The position numbers and the translations under genes are program-made. 64,000 bases of DNA, from NCBI GenBank assembly GCA_963748215.1, contig CAVVHS010000009.1:320001-384000 (forward strand), given 5' to 3'. This stretch comes from an uncultured Gammaproteobacteria bacterium. Lineage in GTDB: Bacteria > Pseudomonadota > Gammaproteobacteria > UBA9214. Shown piece by piece: positions 19,857 to 27,308 of the stretch. The notes beneath the pieces are model-generated. The model worked only from the letters and a program-made list of their open reading frames with translations. It did not search any database and was not told the DNA's origin. Every line of letters starts with the position of its first letter. The first letter of the stretch is position 1.

Positions 19857-21065
19857 TCAGCTGGTTGCAACTGCAGGCTCAGTTTGTTTATTGATCTGTG
19901 TGCCGAGGGGGGTGCGCAGCAGACAGCCGACGCCGCCCAGAGACATCAGCGCGTCGGCGTTTTCCACGATTTCCACCGGACGTTCCAGCTGGTCGGCCAG
20001 GCGCAGCAGTTCCTCCCTGACATCCATCGGTCGCGTGGCTGGCTTGCCGCACTGCGGGCAGATGGATGTTTCGGGCGGCTCGGTGCCGCTGGCTCGACAG
20101 GCGGTACAGGTCCAGCCGGGATCGGGCTGATAGTTGCTGGCCATGACCAGCGTATCCACTTCACTCCAGCGCAGCGCATCCAGTGTGGCCGCCGCGCCCG
20201 CAACCGTCAGGTTCTGGCTGCGCAGTCCCTCGATCAGGCGTTCGGTAACTGACCGGTATTCATGTTTTTCATGCTCGATAAAGCTGGACAGGGTCATGAT
20301 GATCACTTCGGTCTGCAGATCGCGTGCGCTGGCCGGTGCCATATCCACCAGCTTTTCCGCCAGATCCTTGGGCATGGCATGGCGTAGCCGCTCGGTTATC
20401 TCGGGATCGCCGGCCAGGATCAGGTGAGTATGGCCCCCGGCGCGCATCAGCTTGTCTAGAACCGCGATCTTTTCGTGTACAAACCGGTCCCCGCGATGCG
20501 CCTGGTTCACGCAATAGTGGATGCGGGCCCATTCCGACCCCACACGCGTACGTAGCCCCGATTGATCTATCCAGGCGCGGACCGTGGCGGCGCCCAGATT
20601 CACTGCCACGATACTGACCCGATCTTGCAGAGCCAGCAAGACGACGTAGCGGTGGTAGTCGTCCTTGAGTTCTATCAGGTGGTAGATATTGGGTGTGGGA
20701 TAGACTGCGATCCAGTTGGGCAGCGAGGCGGCAAACTGCATGGCCAGCATGAAGCTTCCGCCGCAGGTGCCGCGGGCAAAGATGGCCACCCCTTTGGCCT
20801 CGGGCAGCAGATCGGTGGCCATCCAGGACTCGATTTTGCCCAGAACTTCCTCGAGGTCGTCGAGATCATTGCCCTTGAGAATGTGCCGCAGGATGCGGGC
20901 GCGTTCCTCAAGCACATCGCGCCAGCCAGTCTGCCCGTTCTCAAGGTTAAGGTAGCAGCTGATAAACGGTGCATCTGATTCTTCCACGCTGGCCAGTACA
21001 GTGATTTGCTGTTTGAGTTCGTCGGAAGTCGTCATGTGTGTCATATCAACAGGCCTCATGTTCAT
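19857..21065 (-). CDS. Bacterial eRF1-like (baeRF) protein with zinc ribbon
   Basis: FISCYLNL, KGVAIFA, YVVLL, HLILAGD, LDAL...VDTLV, CTAC...CPQCG, LMSLGGVGCLLR (L7Ae-like end); no GGQ. Confidence 0.7.
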   Translation of the reverse strand: MNMRPVDMTHMTTSDELKQQITVLASVEESDAPFISCYLNLENGQTGWRDVLEERARILRHILKGNDLDDLEEVLGKIESWMATDLLPEAKGVAIFARGTCGGSFMLAMQFAASLPNWIAVYPTPNIYHLIELKDDYHRYVVLLALQDRVSIVAVNLGAATVRAWIDQSGLRTRVGSEWARIHYCVNQAHRGDRFVHEKIAVLDKLMRAGGHTHLILAGDPEITERLRHAMPKDLAEKLVDMAPASARDLQTEVIIMTLSSFIEHEKHEYRSVTERLIEGLRSQNLTVAGAAATLDALRWSEVDTLVMASNYQPDPGWTCTACRASGTEPPETSICPQCGKPATRPMDVREELLRLADQLERPVEIVENADALMSLGGVGCLLRTPLGTQINKQTEPAVATS

Positions 21066-21086
21066 CCAGACCCGCCATAGGCGGGT

Positions 21087-21728
21087 CTATGCGCGGTTAG
21101 CCTGAACCGTGGCGTGGATCTCGCCTGCCAGACCGGCCTCCAGGCCGAGCTCGCGCGCCAGGGTATCAAGATAGATTTGTTCGGGTGCTGACGGTGGGTC
21201 GACCATCATTACTGAGGCTGCATACACTTCGGCGGCATGCTCCTTTGAATCGATGGCGGCCGTCAGGCCCGCTACGTCCAACGGGCGACCGTACTCCTCG
21301 AAAAGAAATGCCTTGTCTTCTGCAGGCATATCCAGGCTGTTGATCTGGTTGAGGATCATTTGGCTTTCCTGCACGTTTATCTGCCCATCGGCCTTGGCGG
21401 CAGCAATCATGGCGCGGGCGAGGAGCAGGCTGAGTGCTTTGGCCCCCGCTGTGTCGTTGCCCGCAGGCAGAAACGCACTGTCCGCAGGCGGGGTAGCAAA
21501 ACCGGTGCCGGCCTTGGCGCCCGCTCCCTGCTGGTAGTTCTGCCATGCCTTGTAGGCCAGCCCGCCAACCAGTGCCATACCACCAAGCTGCAGTGCCGAA
21601 CCGGCGACTTTTCTCGCCTTCTTGCCGGACAGTACATTGGCCAGCGCGCCACCGGCCAGTCCCCCGGCAAAACCGCCAGCGGCTCCACTGCCGACGAGTT
21701 GATCAAGCAAGCGTTTGGCGTCAAACAT
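21087..21728 (-). CDS. DUF533 (YebE/TerB-like) protein
   Basis: LLDQL, GGLAYKAWQNYQ, LARAMIAAAKADG, AAEVYAAS. Confidence 0.85.
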   Translation of the reverse strand: MFDAKRLLDQLVGSGAAGGFAGGLAGGALANVLSGKKARKVAGSALQLGGMALVGGLAYKAWQNYQQGAGAKAGTGFATPPADSAFLPAGNDTAGAKALSLLLARAMIAAAKADGQINVQESQMILNQINSLDMPAEDKAFLFEEYGRPLDVAGLTAAIDSKEHAAEVYAASVMMVDPPSAPEQIYLDTLARELGLEAGLAGEIHATVQANRA

Positions 21729-21829
21729 GATTCTGTTCTCCTTTGGCTGGTATTAGCGAAACGGGTAGCCGTCAGCCGGATTATGTCTGGACTGCTGTCT
21801 TGGCGTTGGTATCGCGCCTGGGGTAACCA

Positions 21830-22474
21830 TCACGACCACATGGTGAGCGGTGGATCATTCATCACCGCACGCAGGATGTCGCTGCGTGCGACAATGCCTA
21901 TCAACTTGTCCTGATCATCGGCAATGGGTACGGAGTGAAGATGGTATTCCAGCATTACCTGGGCAATCCTGCGAATATCCGATACCGGGTCGGCTGTAAT
22001 GACCCCTGGTGACATGGCATCTGCTACACGCTTGCCACCCACATATTGCATCTTGTCATCGTCAATGATGATGAACTGCAATAAATCCTCAACCGACAAC
22101 ATGCCGACAATGCGATGTTCTGCACTCATGACCGGCATCTGCCGGAATCCCCATTGCTGAAAGTGACGCTGTGCCTCGAGTATTCCCATCTCCATGGACA
22201 CGGTACTGACCGGGTAACTCATTAGTTGATAGGCGTGGTAAACCGGTTCCCGCCGGTTAAGTTGGCGCATTTCACGGTAGGACTCTATAGCCTTGCTGGA
22301 TACCGGTGCCTTGCCGGGTTTACCGCTGGAGGCGCTATCAATCATTCCTGGTTGTGGTTCAGGCTCATCAGGAAATGAACGTGTCCGCGCGCTGGCCTGG
22401 GCTTCACGCACCTTGCGCAGATTTTCCAGTGTGTCACGGAAGCTTCGGCCCTGGATGTCGTAGATGGCAAACAT
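21830..22474 (-). CDS. CBS-domain protein
   Basis: CBS pair: LMSYPV.TV, FRQMPV, VADAMS..VIT, LIGIVARSDILRA. Confidence 0.85.
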   Translation of the reverse strand: MFAIYDIQGRSFRDTLENLRKVREAQASARTRSFPDEPEPQPGMIDSASSGKPGKAPVSSKAIESYREMRQLNRREPVYHAYQLMSYPVSTVSMEMGILEAQRHFQQWGFRQMPVMSAEHRIVGMLSVEDLLQFIIIDDDKMQYVGGKRVADAMSPGVITADPVSDIRRIAQVMLEYHLHSVPIADDQDKLIGIVARSDILRAVMNDPPLTMWS

Positions 22475-22594
22475 GAAATTTTACCCTGAGTGGTTCGTTT
22501 ACATTAAATCAAGCATATTAATCCGGTTACGCCGCAACCCGTGTCGTTGATGTATGCTCCTGGATCAAGCTCCACCCTCGCAAGCAAATCGTTA

Positions 22595-23266
22595 CTACTC
22601 CTGACCTCCTGCCGCGCCGAGCAGATGCAGCATACTGGTGAACAGGTTGAAGATGGCGACGAACAGTGTGACGGTGGCCATGATGTAGTTGGTTTCGCCG
22701 CCGTGAATGATGTTGCTGGTCTCGTACAGGATCAGGCCCGCCATTAGCAGCACGAACATGGATGACACCGCCAGCGACAGGCCGGGCATCTCGAAGAACA
22801 CCGCACCCAGGCCGGCCATGAAGGCGACCAGAATGCCGACCATCAGAAAACCACCCATGAAACTGAAGTCCTTGCGTGTGGTTAGCGCGTAACCCGATAG
22901 GCCGAGGAAGATGGCACCGGTGGCACCCATGGCCATCATTACGACCTGGCCACCGTTGGGCAGGGCCAGATAGGCGCTGAGAATCGGCCCCAGGGTGTAA
23001 CCCATGAAGCCGGTCAGGGCGAACACGAAGGCCAGCCCCAAAGCGCTATCACGGAATTTCGCGGTCAGGAATAGCAGGCCGAAATAACCGCCGAGAGTGA
23101 GCAGCAGCCCCGGATGGGGCAGGTTCAAGGCCATCGAAATGCCCGCTGTCAGTGCACTGAACAGCAGTGTCATGGACAGTAGCGTGTAGGTGTTACGGAT
23201 CACCTTATTGGTGGCTAAGACGGCCGTTTGTGCATGGGTTGCCGCATTTGTTATTGATGTATTCAT
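22595..23266 (-). CDS. yccA: Bax inhibitor-1 / YccA family membrane protein
   Basis: NKVIRNTYTLLSMTL, FTGFMGYTLGP-like, TRKDFSFMGGFL, IIHGGETNYIMATV. Confidence 0.92.
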   Translation of the reverse strand: MNTSITNAATHAQTAVLATNKVIRNTYTLLSMTLLFSALTAGISMALNLPHPGLLLTLGGYFGLLFLTAKFRDSALGLAFVFALTGFMGYTLGPILSAYLALPNGGQVVMMAMGATGAIFLGLSGYALTTRKDFSFMGGFLMVGILVAFMAGLGAVFFEMPGLSLAVSSMFVLLMAGLILYETSNIIHGGETNYIMATVTLFVAIFNLFTSMLHLLGAAGGQE

Positions 23267-23306
23267 GGTGGGTTGTCTCCTGTCAGGGTAATCAAGTGAT
23301 TGCGGT

Positions 23307-23657
23307 TCATTCAGTAATCGCTACCGTGTCGCGCAGACCGGATGCGCGAGCCGTGTCGCGCTGACGCGCCAGCCGACGCCCAACAGTACGCCCGGCACGA
23401 CCGGTCGCACGGTCGATGGCGACGTACAGATCGGCCTCGGTATCTTCGACCACCACATCGGGCAGACCGGTCAGCACCACCCGCAAGTGGCAGCGCTTGT
23501 CCGCTCCGCCCCGCGGGCCGTTGATGTCGGATAGCCGCATCACCACTTGCTGAATGTGATCGCCACAGCAGGTCAGGACGAAACGCAGCCGCCGTTCAGC
23601 ATGGCTGCGCAAGGCGTTGGTCAGTGAAAATTGGCGTGCCTGGATGTCAATCTGCAT
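23307..23657 (-). CDS. HPF/RaiA-family ribosome-associated protein
   Basis: MQIDIQARQFSLTNALRSHAERRL, LSDINGPRGGADKRC, DLYVAIDRA. Confidence 0.85.
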   Translation of the reverse strand: MQIDIQARQFSLTNALRSHAERRLRFVLTCCGDHIQQVVMRLSDINGPRGGADKRCHLRVVLTGLPDVVVEDTEADLYVAIDRATGRAGRTVGRRLARQRDTARASGLRDTVAITE

Positions 23658-23728
23658 AGGGTCCTCTGCTACTTTGCTGTTGTATGTTTCATGAACAAAC
23701 AGCCTAGGCGGCTTTGGTAAACAATAAA

Positions 23729-23766
23729 AGTCGAATAAAATAGCTATACTATTCGTTAATTACGAA
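23729..23766. promoter_or_regulatory. LysR(NhaR)-type box in the hpf/nhaR divergent promoter
   Basis: TTCG-TTAATTA-CGAA 23752-23766 (contains T-N11-A) plus AGTCGAAT 23729-23736. Confidence 0.7.
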
Positions 23767-23781
23767 GTAACGGGAATCCGT

Positions 23782-24681
23782 ATGGTTAACTACAAGCATC
23801 TGCACTACTTCTGGGCGGTAGCCAGGGAAGGTGGCGTCGCCCGGGCCAGCGAACGGCTGCACTTGACACCACAGACCATCAGCGGGCAACTGAGCCTGCT
23901 TGAGGAATATCTTGGGGTGGACCTGTTCAGCCGGGTCGGACGCAATCTGGAACTTACCGAGGCCGGACGATTGGTGTTGAGCTATGCCGATGAGATCTTC
24001 TCCTTGGGCGGTGAGCTGGAAGAGGTGATGCATCAGCTGCCGGAGGGTCGTCCCCAGTTGTTCAGGGTTGGTGTAGTCGATGTGCTGCCCAAGTCCATCG
24101 CCCATCGTATTCTTCAGCCTGCGCTGCAAATGTCGGAGCCGGTGCGCATGATCTGCCGCGAGGCGAGTCTTGATACGCTGTTGGCGGAGCTGGCCGTGCA
24201 CCGCCTTGATCTGGTGCTGGCCGACCGTCCTATCCCTTCCACGGTCAGTACGCGGGCCTTCAGTCATAAGCTCGGCGAGTGTGGGGTCAGTTTTTTTGCC
24301 ACTAAAAAACTTGAAAAGAAACTCAAAGGTGATTTCCCCCGCTGTCTGGATGGTGCACCATTACTCTTGCCCAGCAGCGGCAATCAATTGCGTTCTCGTA
24401 TTGACCAGTGGCTGGACACACATCGCATCCATCCGCGCATGATTGCCGAGTTTGATGACAGCGCACTAATGAAAGCATTTGGTCAAGAAGGGGCGGGGAT
24501 CTTTATCGCGCCCGCCGCTATCGAGGAAGAGGTAGAGTGGCAGTATCAGGTGACCGCGATTGGCCGGGTCGATGAAGTAAAAGAACATTTCTACGCCATT
24601 TCAGTCGAGCGCCGGGTCTTGCACCCTGTTGTCTCTGCAGTGATGGAGGCAGCGCGTGAATCGCTGTTTGCCGATGAATAA
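23782..24681 (+). CDS. nhaR: LysR-family activator, NhaR-like
   Basis: NYKHLHYFWAVAREG..ARASERLHLTPQTISGQ, EFDDSALMKAFG, YAISVERR..HP. Confidence 0.88.
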   Translation: MVNYKHLHYFWAVAREGGVARASERLHLTPQTISGQLSLLEEYLGVDLFSRVGRNLELTEAGRLVLSYADEIFSLGGELEEVMHQLPEGRPQLFRVGVVDVLPKSIAHRILQPALQMSEPVRMICREASLDTLLAELAVHRLDLVLADRPIPSTVSTRAFSHKLGECGVSFFATKKLEKKLKGDFPRCLDGAPLLLPSSGNQLRSRIDQWLDTHRIHPRMIAEFDDSALMKAFGQEGAGIFIAPAAIEEEVEWQYQVTAIGRVDEVKEHFYAISVERRVLHPVVSAVMEAARESLFADE

Positions 24682-24695
24682 TTATGATATGGAAG

Positions 24696-24914
24696 ATGAC
24701 CGATTAGAATGAAAAAGGGAATCCTGACCTCAAGGTGAAAACAGGCGTTTATCACGCCCCCTGGGAAAAGAGTTTCGACAGGATCCTCACGCCTTTTGAA
24801 TAGTTTATACACCGCCAGACCGCCATTGGCTTACAACCGAGGGCCAGGACCGGAATTCTTGCCGTCTCCCTGCTGGCGTGTGTAGCTGGTTTTATAGGGT
24901 CAGCAGGCCAGTAG
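24696..24914 (+). pseudogene. nhaA: Internally deleted nhaA relic (N- and C-termini fused)
   Basis: In one frame: MTD*...GVYHAPWEKSFDRILTPFE*FIHRQT joined to ARTGILAVSLLACVAGFI, resembling the first and last segments of NhaA; two in-frame stops; directly behind nhaR. Confidence 0.7.
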
Positions 24915-24940
24915 CGGCTGAGGACTAGCCTGGAGCGAAG

Positions 24941-26146
24941 ATGGCAGCGCACGACTTTTTTCTTACCCTGCTCATTATCCTGCTGACGGCGCGGATATTC
25001 GCCGAGCTGGCCACGCGCCTGCAGGCGCCGTCAGTAATCGGTGAATTATTCGCCGGCGTGGTGCTGGGACCCAGCTTGCTGGGCTGGATCGAGCCGACGG
25101 AGGCGATCCGTCTGATGGCGGGCATCGGCATTATCCTGCTGTTGTTTGAGGTGGGGCTGGAGACAGACGTCAAACGCCTGGTAAGCACAGGCCTGGAATC
25201 CATCGTCGTCGCATTAGCCGGTTTTATCCTGCCATTTCTGTTTGGTTTTGGGCTGGCTTACGGGCTGTACGAATTGCCGTTGCTGGTATCTCTGTTTATC
25301 GGCGGGACACTGACCGCGACCAGCATCGGCATCACCGTGCGGGTGCTCAGCGACCTCAAGCGCCAGCATTCGAAAGAGGGACAGGTCGTGCTGGGTGCGG
25401 CGGTGCTGGACGATGTGATGGGCGTGGTGCTGCTGGCGTTGCTCTACGAGTACTCTATCGGTGGCGGTGTGAGCCTGGTAAACACCGGCAAGGTGCTGAT
25501 CTTCGTGGCGGCGTTTTTTGTGCTGGCGCCGGCGGCCGCCAAACTGATGTCCATGGTCATCAAACGCTTCGATACGACCAGCGAAATACCCGGCTTGATT
25601 CCAACGACTATTGTCTCACTGGTGTTGTTTTTCGCCTGGCTGGCCCATGCCATAGGTGCGCCGGAACTGCTGGGCGGCTTCGCTGCCGGACTGGCGCTAT
25701 CGCGGCGTTTCTTTCTGCCCCTGGGCGTTGCGTTGCATGCCGACGAGGCCTTTGCGGAACGTATCGAAACGCAGATGAAACCCATTGTGCAACTGTTCAC
25801 GCCGATCTTCTTTGTCATGGTGGGACTATCGCTGAACCTGCGCGAGATCGACTGGAGTTCATCCTTCATCTGGCTGTTCTCCCTGTCGTTGCTGGCCGCC
25901 GCTGTTGCCGGGAAACTCTTCGGGGCAGTCCTGTTGAAAGAGAGCTGGCCTGTCCGTTGGATGATCGGCACGGCGATGATTCCGCGCGGTGAAGTCGGAC
26001 TCATTTTCGCCGAGCTAGGCAGGGAGAGCGGAATTTTCAGCAACGAGGTCTATGCCGGGATGGTAATCGTCATCGCCCTGACCACGTTGCTGCCGCCCTT
26101 TGTCATGAAGTGGTATTACGGGCGCTATGGAGCGCAGATGCTGTAG
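24941..26146 (+). CDS. Cation:proton antiporter (CPA2, NapA-like)
   Basis: LLFEVGLET, TATSIGITVRVL, GAAVLDD, MIPRGEVGLIFA. Confidence 0.9.
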   Translation: MAAHDFFLTLLIILLTARIFAELATRLQAPSVIGELFAGVVLGPSLLGWIEPTEAIRLMAGIGIILLLFEVGLETDVKRLVSTGLESIVVALAGFILPFLFGFGLAYGLYELPLLVSLFIGGTLTATSIGITVRVLSDLKRQHSKEGQVVLGAAVLDDVMGVVLLALLYEYSIGGGVSLVNTGKVLIFVAAFFVLAPAAAKLMSMVIKRFDTTSEIPGLIPTTIVSLVLFFAWLAHAIGAPELLGGFAAGLALSRRFFLPLGVALHADEAFAERIETQMKPIVQLFTPIFFVMVGLSLNLREIDWSSSFIWLFSLSLLAAAVAGKLFGAVLLKESWPVRWMIGTAMIPRGEVGLIFAELGRESGIFSNEVYAGMVIVIALTTLLPPFVMKWYYGRYGAQML

Positions 26147-26237
26147 TTGATTGCTGTTTGGATGCCGGGCATTGCGGGAAAATCAACGGTAACCGAAAAA
26201 CGTTACGGAGTTGAGGTGTGGTTCAACCGATCATATG

Positions 26238-26275
26238 ATCGGAATATACGAACAAATGGCTTAAAAGATTCGACT
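26238..26275 (+). promoter_or_regulatory. Fourth LysR(NhaR)-type box
   Basis: ATCG-GAATATA-CGAA 26238-26252 + 15 nt + ATTCGACT 26268-26275. Confidence 0.6.
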
Positions 26276-26348
26276 TATCATTACTTCACGAAAGGCATAG
26301 AGTGATCCGTGAAAGCAAAGCCAATAGCACGTTTCCACGGAGGTTCTT

Positions 26349-26516
26349 ATGTCTATCAACGCGTATCAAAAAATACTTGGAGCTATCAGGCAGTGGTTTG
26401 AGATCACCCGGTTTCCCACCGGGTATCTTCCCGTCAGGGTGCGGATTGATGAGGCAGGGCATTATCAGCCTGTGAGAATTCGGGAATATCGAGCCTTACA
26501 GCAGAGGTTCAAGTGA
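26349..26516 (+). CDS. Small protein (55 aa), below the ORF-track cut-off
   Basis: GGAGG RBS; MSINAYQKILGAIRQWFEITRFPTGYLPVRVRIDEAGHYQPVRIREYRALQQRFK; stop overlaps the BON gene start. Confidence 0.55.
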   Translation: MSINAYQKILGAIRQWFEITRFPTGYLPVRVRIDEAGHYQPVRIREYRALQQRFK

Positions 26517-27043
26517 TGAGCGAGTCAATGATGCGTACTGGTGGGCCTGTTTTGTTGCTGATACTGGTCCTGTTTCAGGCAAGCCCGGTGCTGGCCCGGA
26601 GCGATGATGTTATACAGCGAGAGATCGAGGCGCAGATCGCAGAGTCTGCGATACTGCGTGACACCCTGATCGAGGTACGCGTGGAAAAACGGCTGGTAGT
26701 GCTCACAGGACAGGTTAGGCTTTACGAGCAGAAGCTGATCAGTGACCGTATTGCCTGGACTACGCTGGGCGTGTTCGAGGTGGACAACGAAATACGGGTG
26801 GCACCGAAGGTGCCAGTGGCGGATGCGGCAATCGAACATAAGATCAGGGAGATCGTGAAAACTGACGAGCGCTTCCATGGTGTCGGGGTGGTGGTCGCGG
26901 TTGACAATGGCGTTGTATCTATCCAGGGCAGTTTTTTCGGACTGAGTGATCCGGTTTTCCTGAAACACAAGGTGGCGGAAATCGAAGGGGTGGTCGATAT
27001 CAATATTCGCGCCACGTTCCTTGCCCGGTCAAGCGGAACCTAG
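26513..27043 (+). CDS. Exported BON-domain protein
   Basis: Signal peptide; SDDVIQREIE...VVLTGQV...GVFEVDNEIRV; second BON repeat. Confidence 0.85.
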   Translation: MMSESMMRTGGPVLLLILVLFQASPVLARSDDVIQREIEAQIAESAILRDTLIEVRVEKRLVVLTGQVRLYEQKLISDRIAWTTLGVFEVDNEIRVAPKVPVADAAIEHKIREIVKTDERFHGVGVVVAVDNGVVSIQGSFFGLSDPVFLKHKVAEIEGVVDINIRATFLARSSGT

Positions 27044-27102
27044 GATATATCATGCGTAAATCCACAGAGAAAGCTGCTGAATAATGACCTCCATATATGA
27101 CG

Positions 27103-27217
27103 AGTCTTTGCCGAAATGGCGTCGCTGCTGTTGGTAGCCGACGTCGTTAGCGCTATCGGTGTGCGTTTCGGCAGCCGCTGATCGCCGCCTTCATGGCTGT
27201 CGGCATATTGGTGGGGG
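27103..27217 (+). pseudogene. Degenerate 5' fragment of a Kef-type antiporter, paralogous to 30060
   Basis: VFAEMASLLLVADVVSAIGVR / RQPLIAAFMAVGILVG aligns with VFTEMAVLLLLAAGVGAIGVRLRQPLIVSFIAVGILVG. Confidence 0.65.
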
Positions 27218-27308
27218 CGAGCGTCACACGGGTCCTTCATGGCCGAGAAGGTAGACCTTTTATCGGACCGCCTGCGTTCGTGTTGTATATTTAGTTTGAA
27301 ATAGGCCC

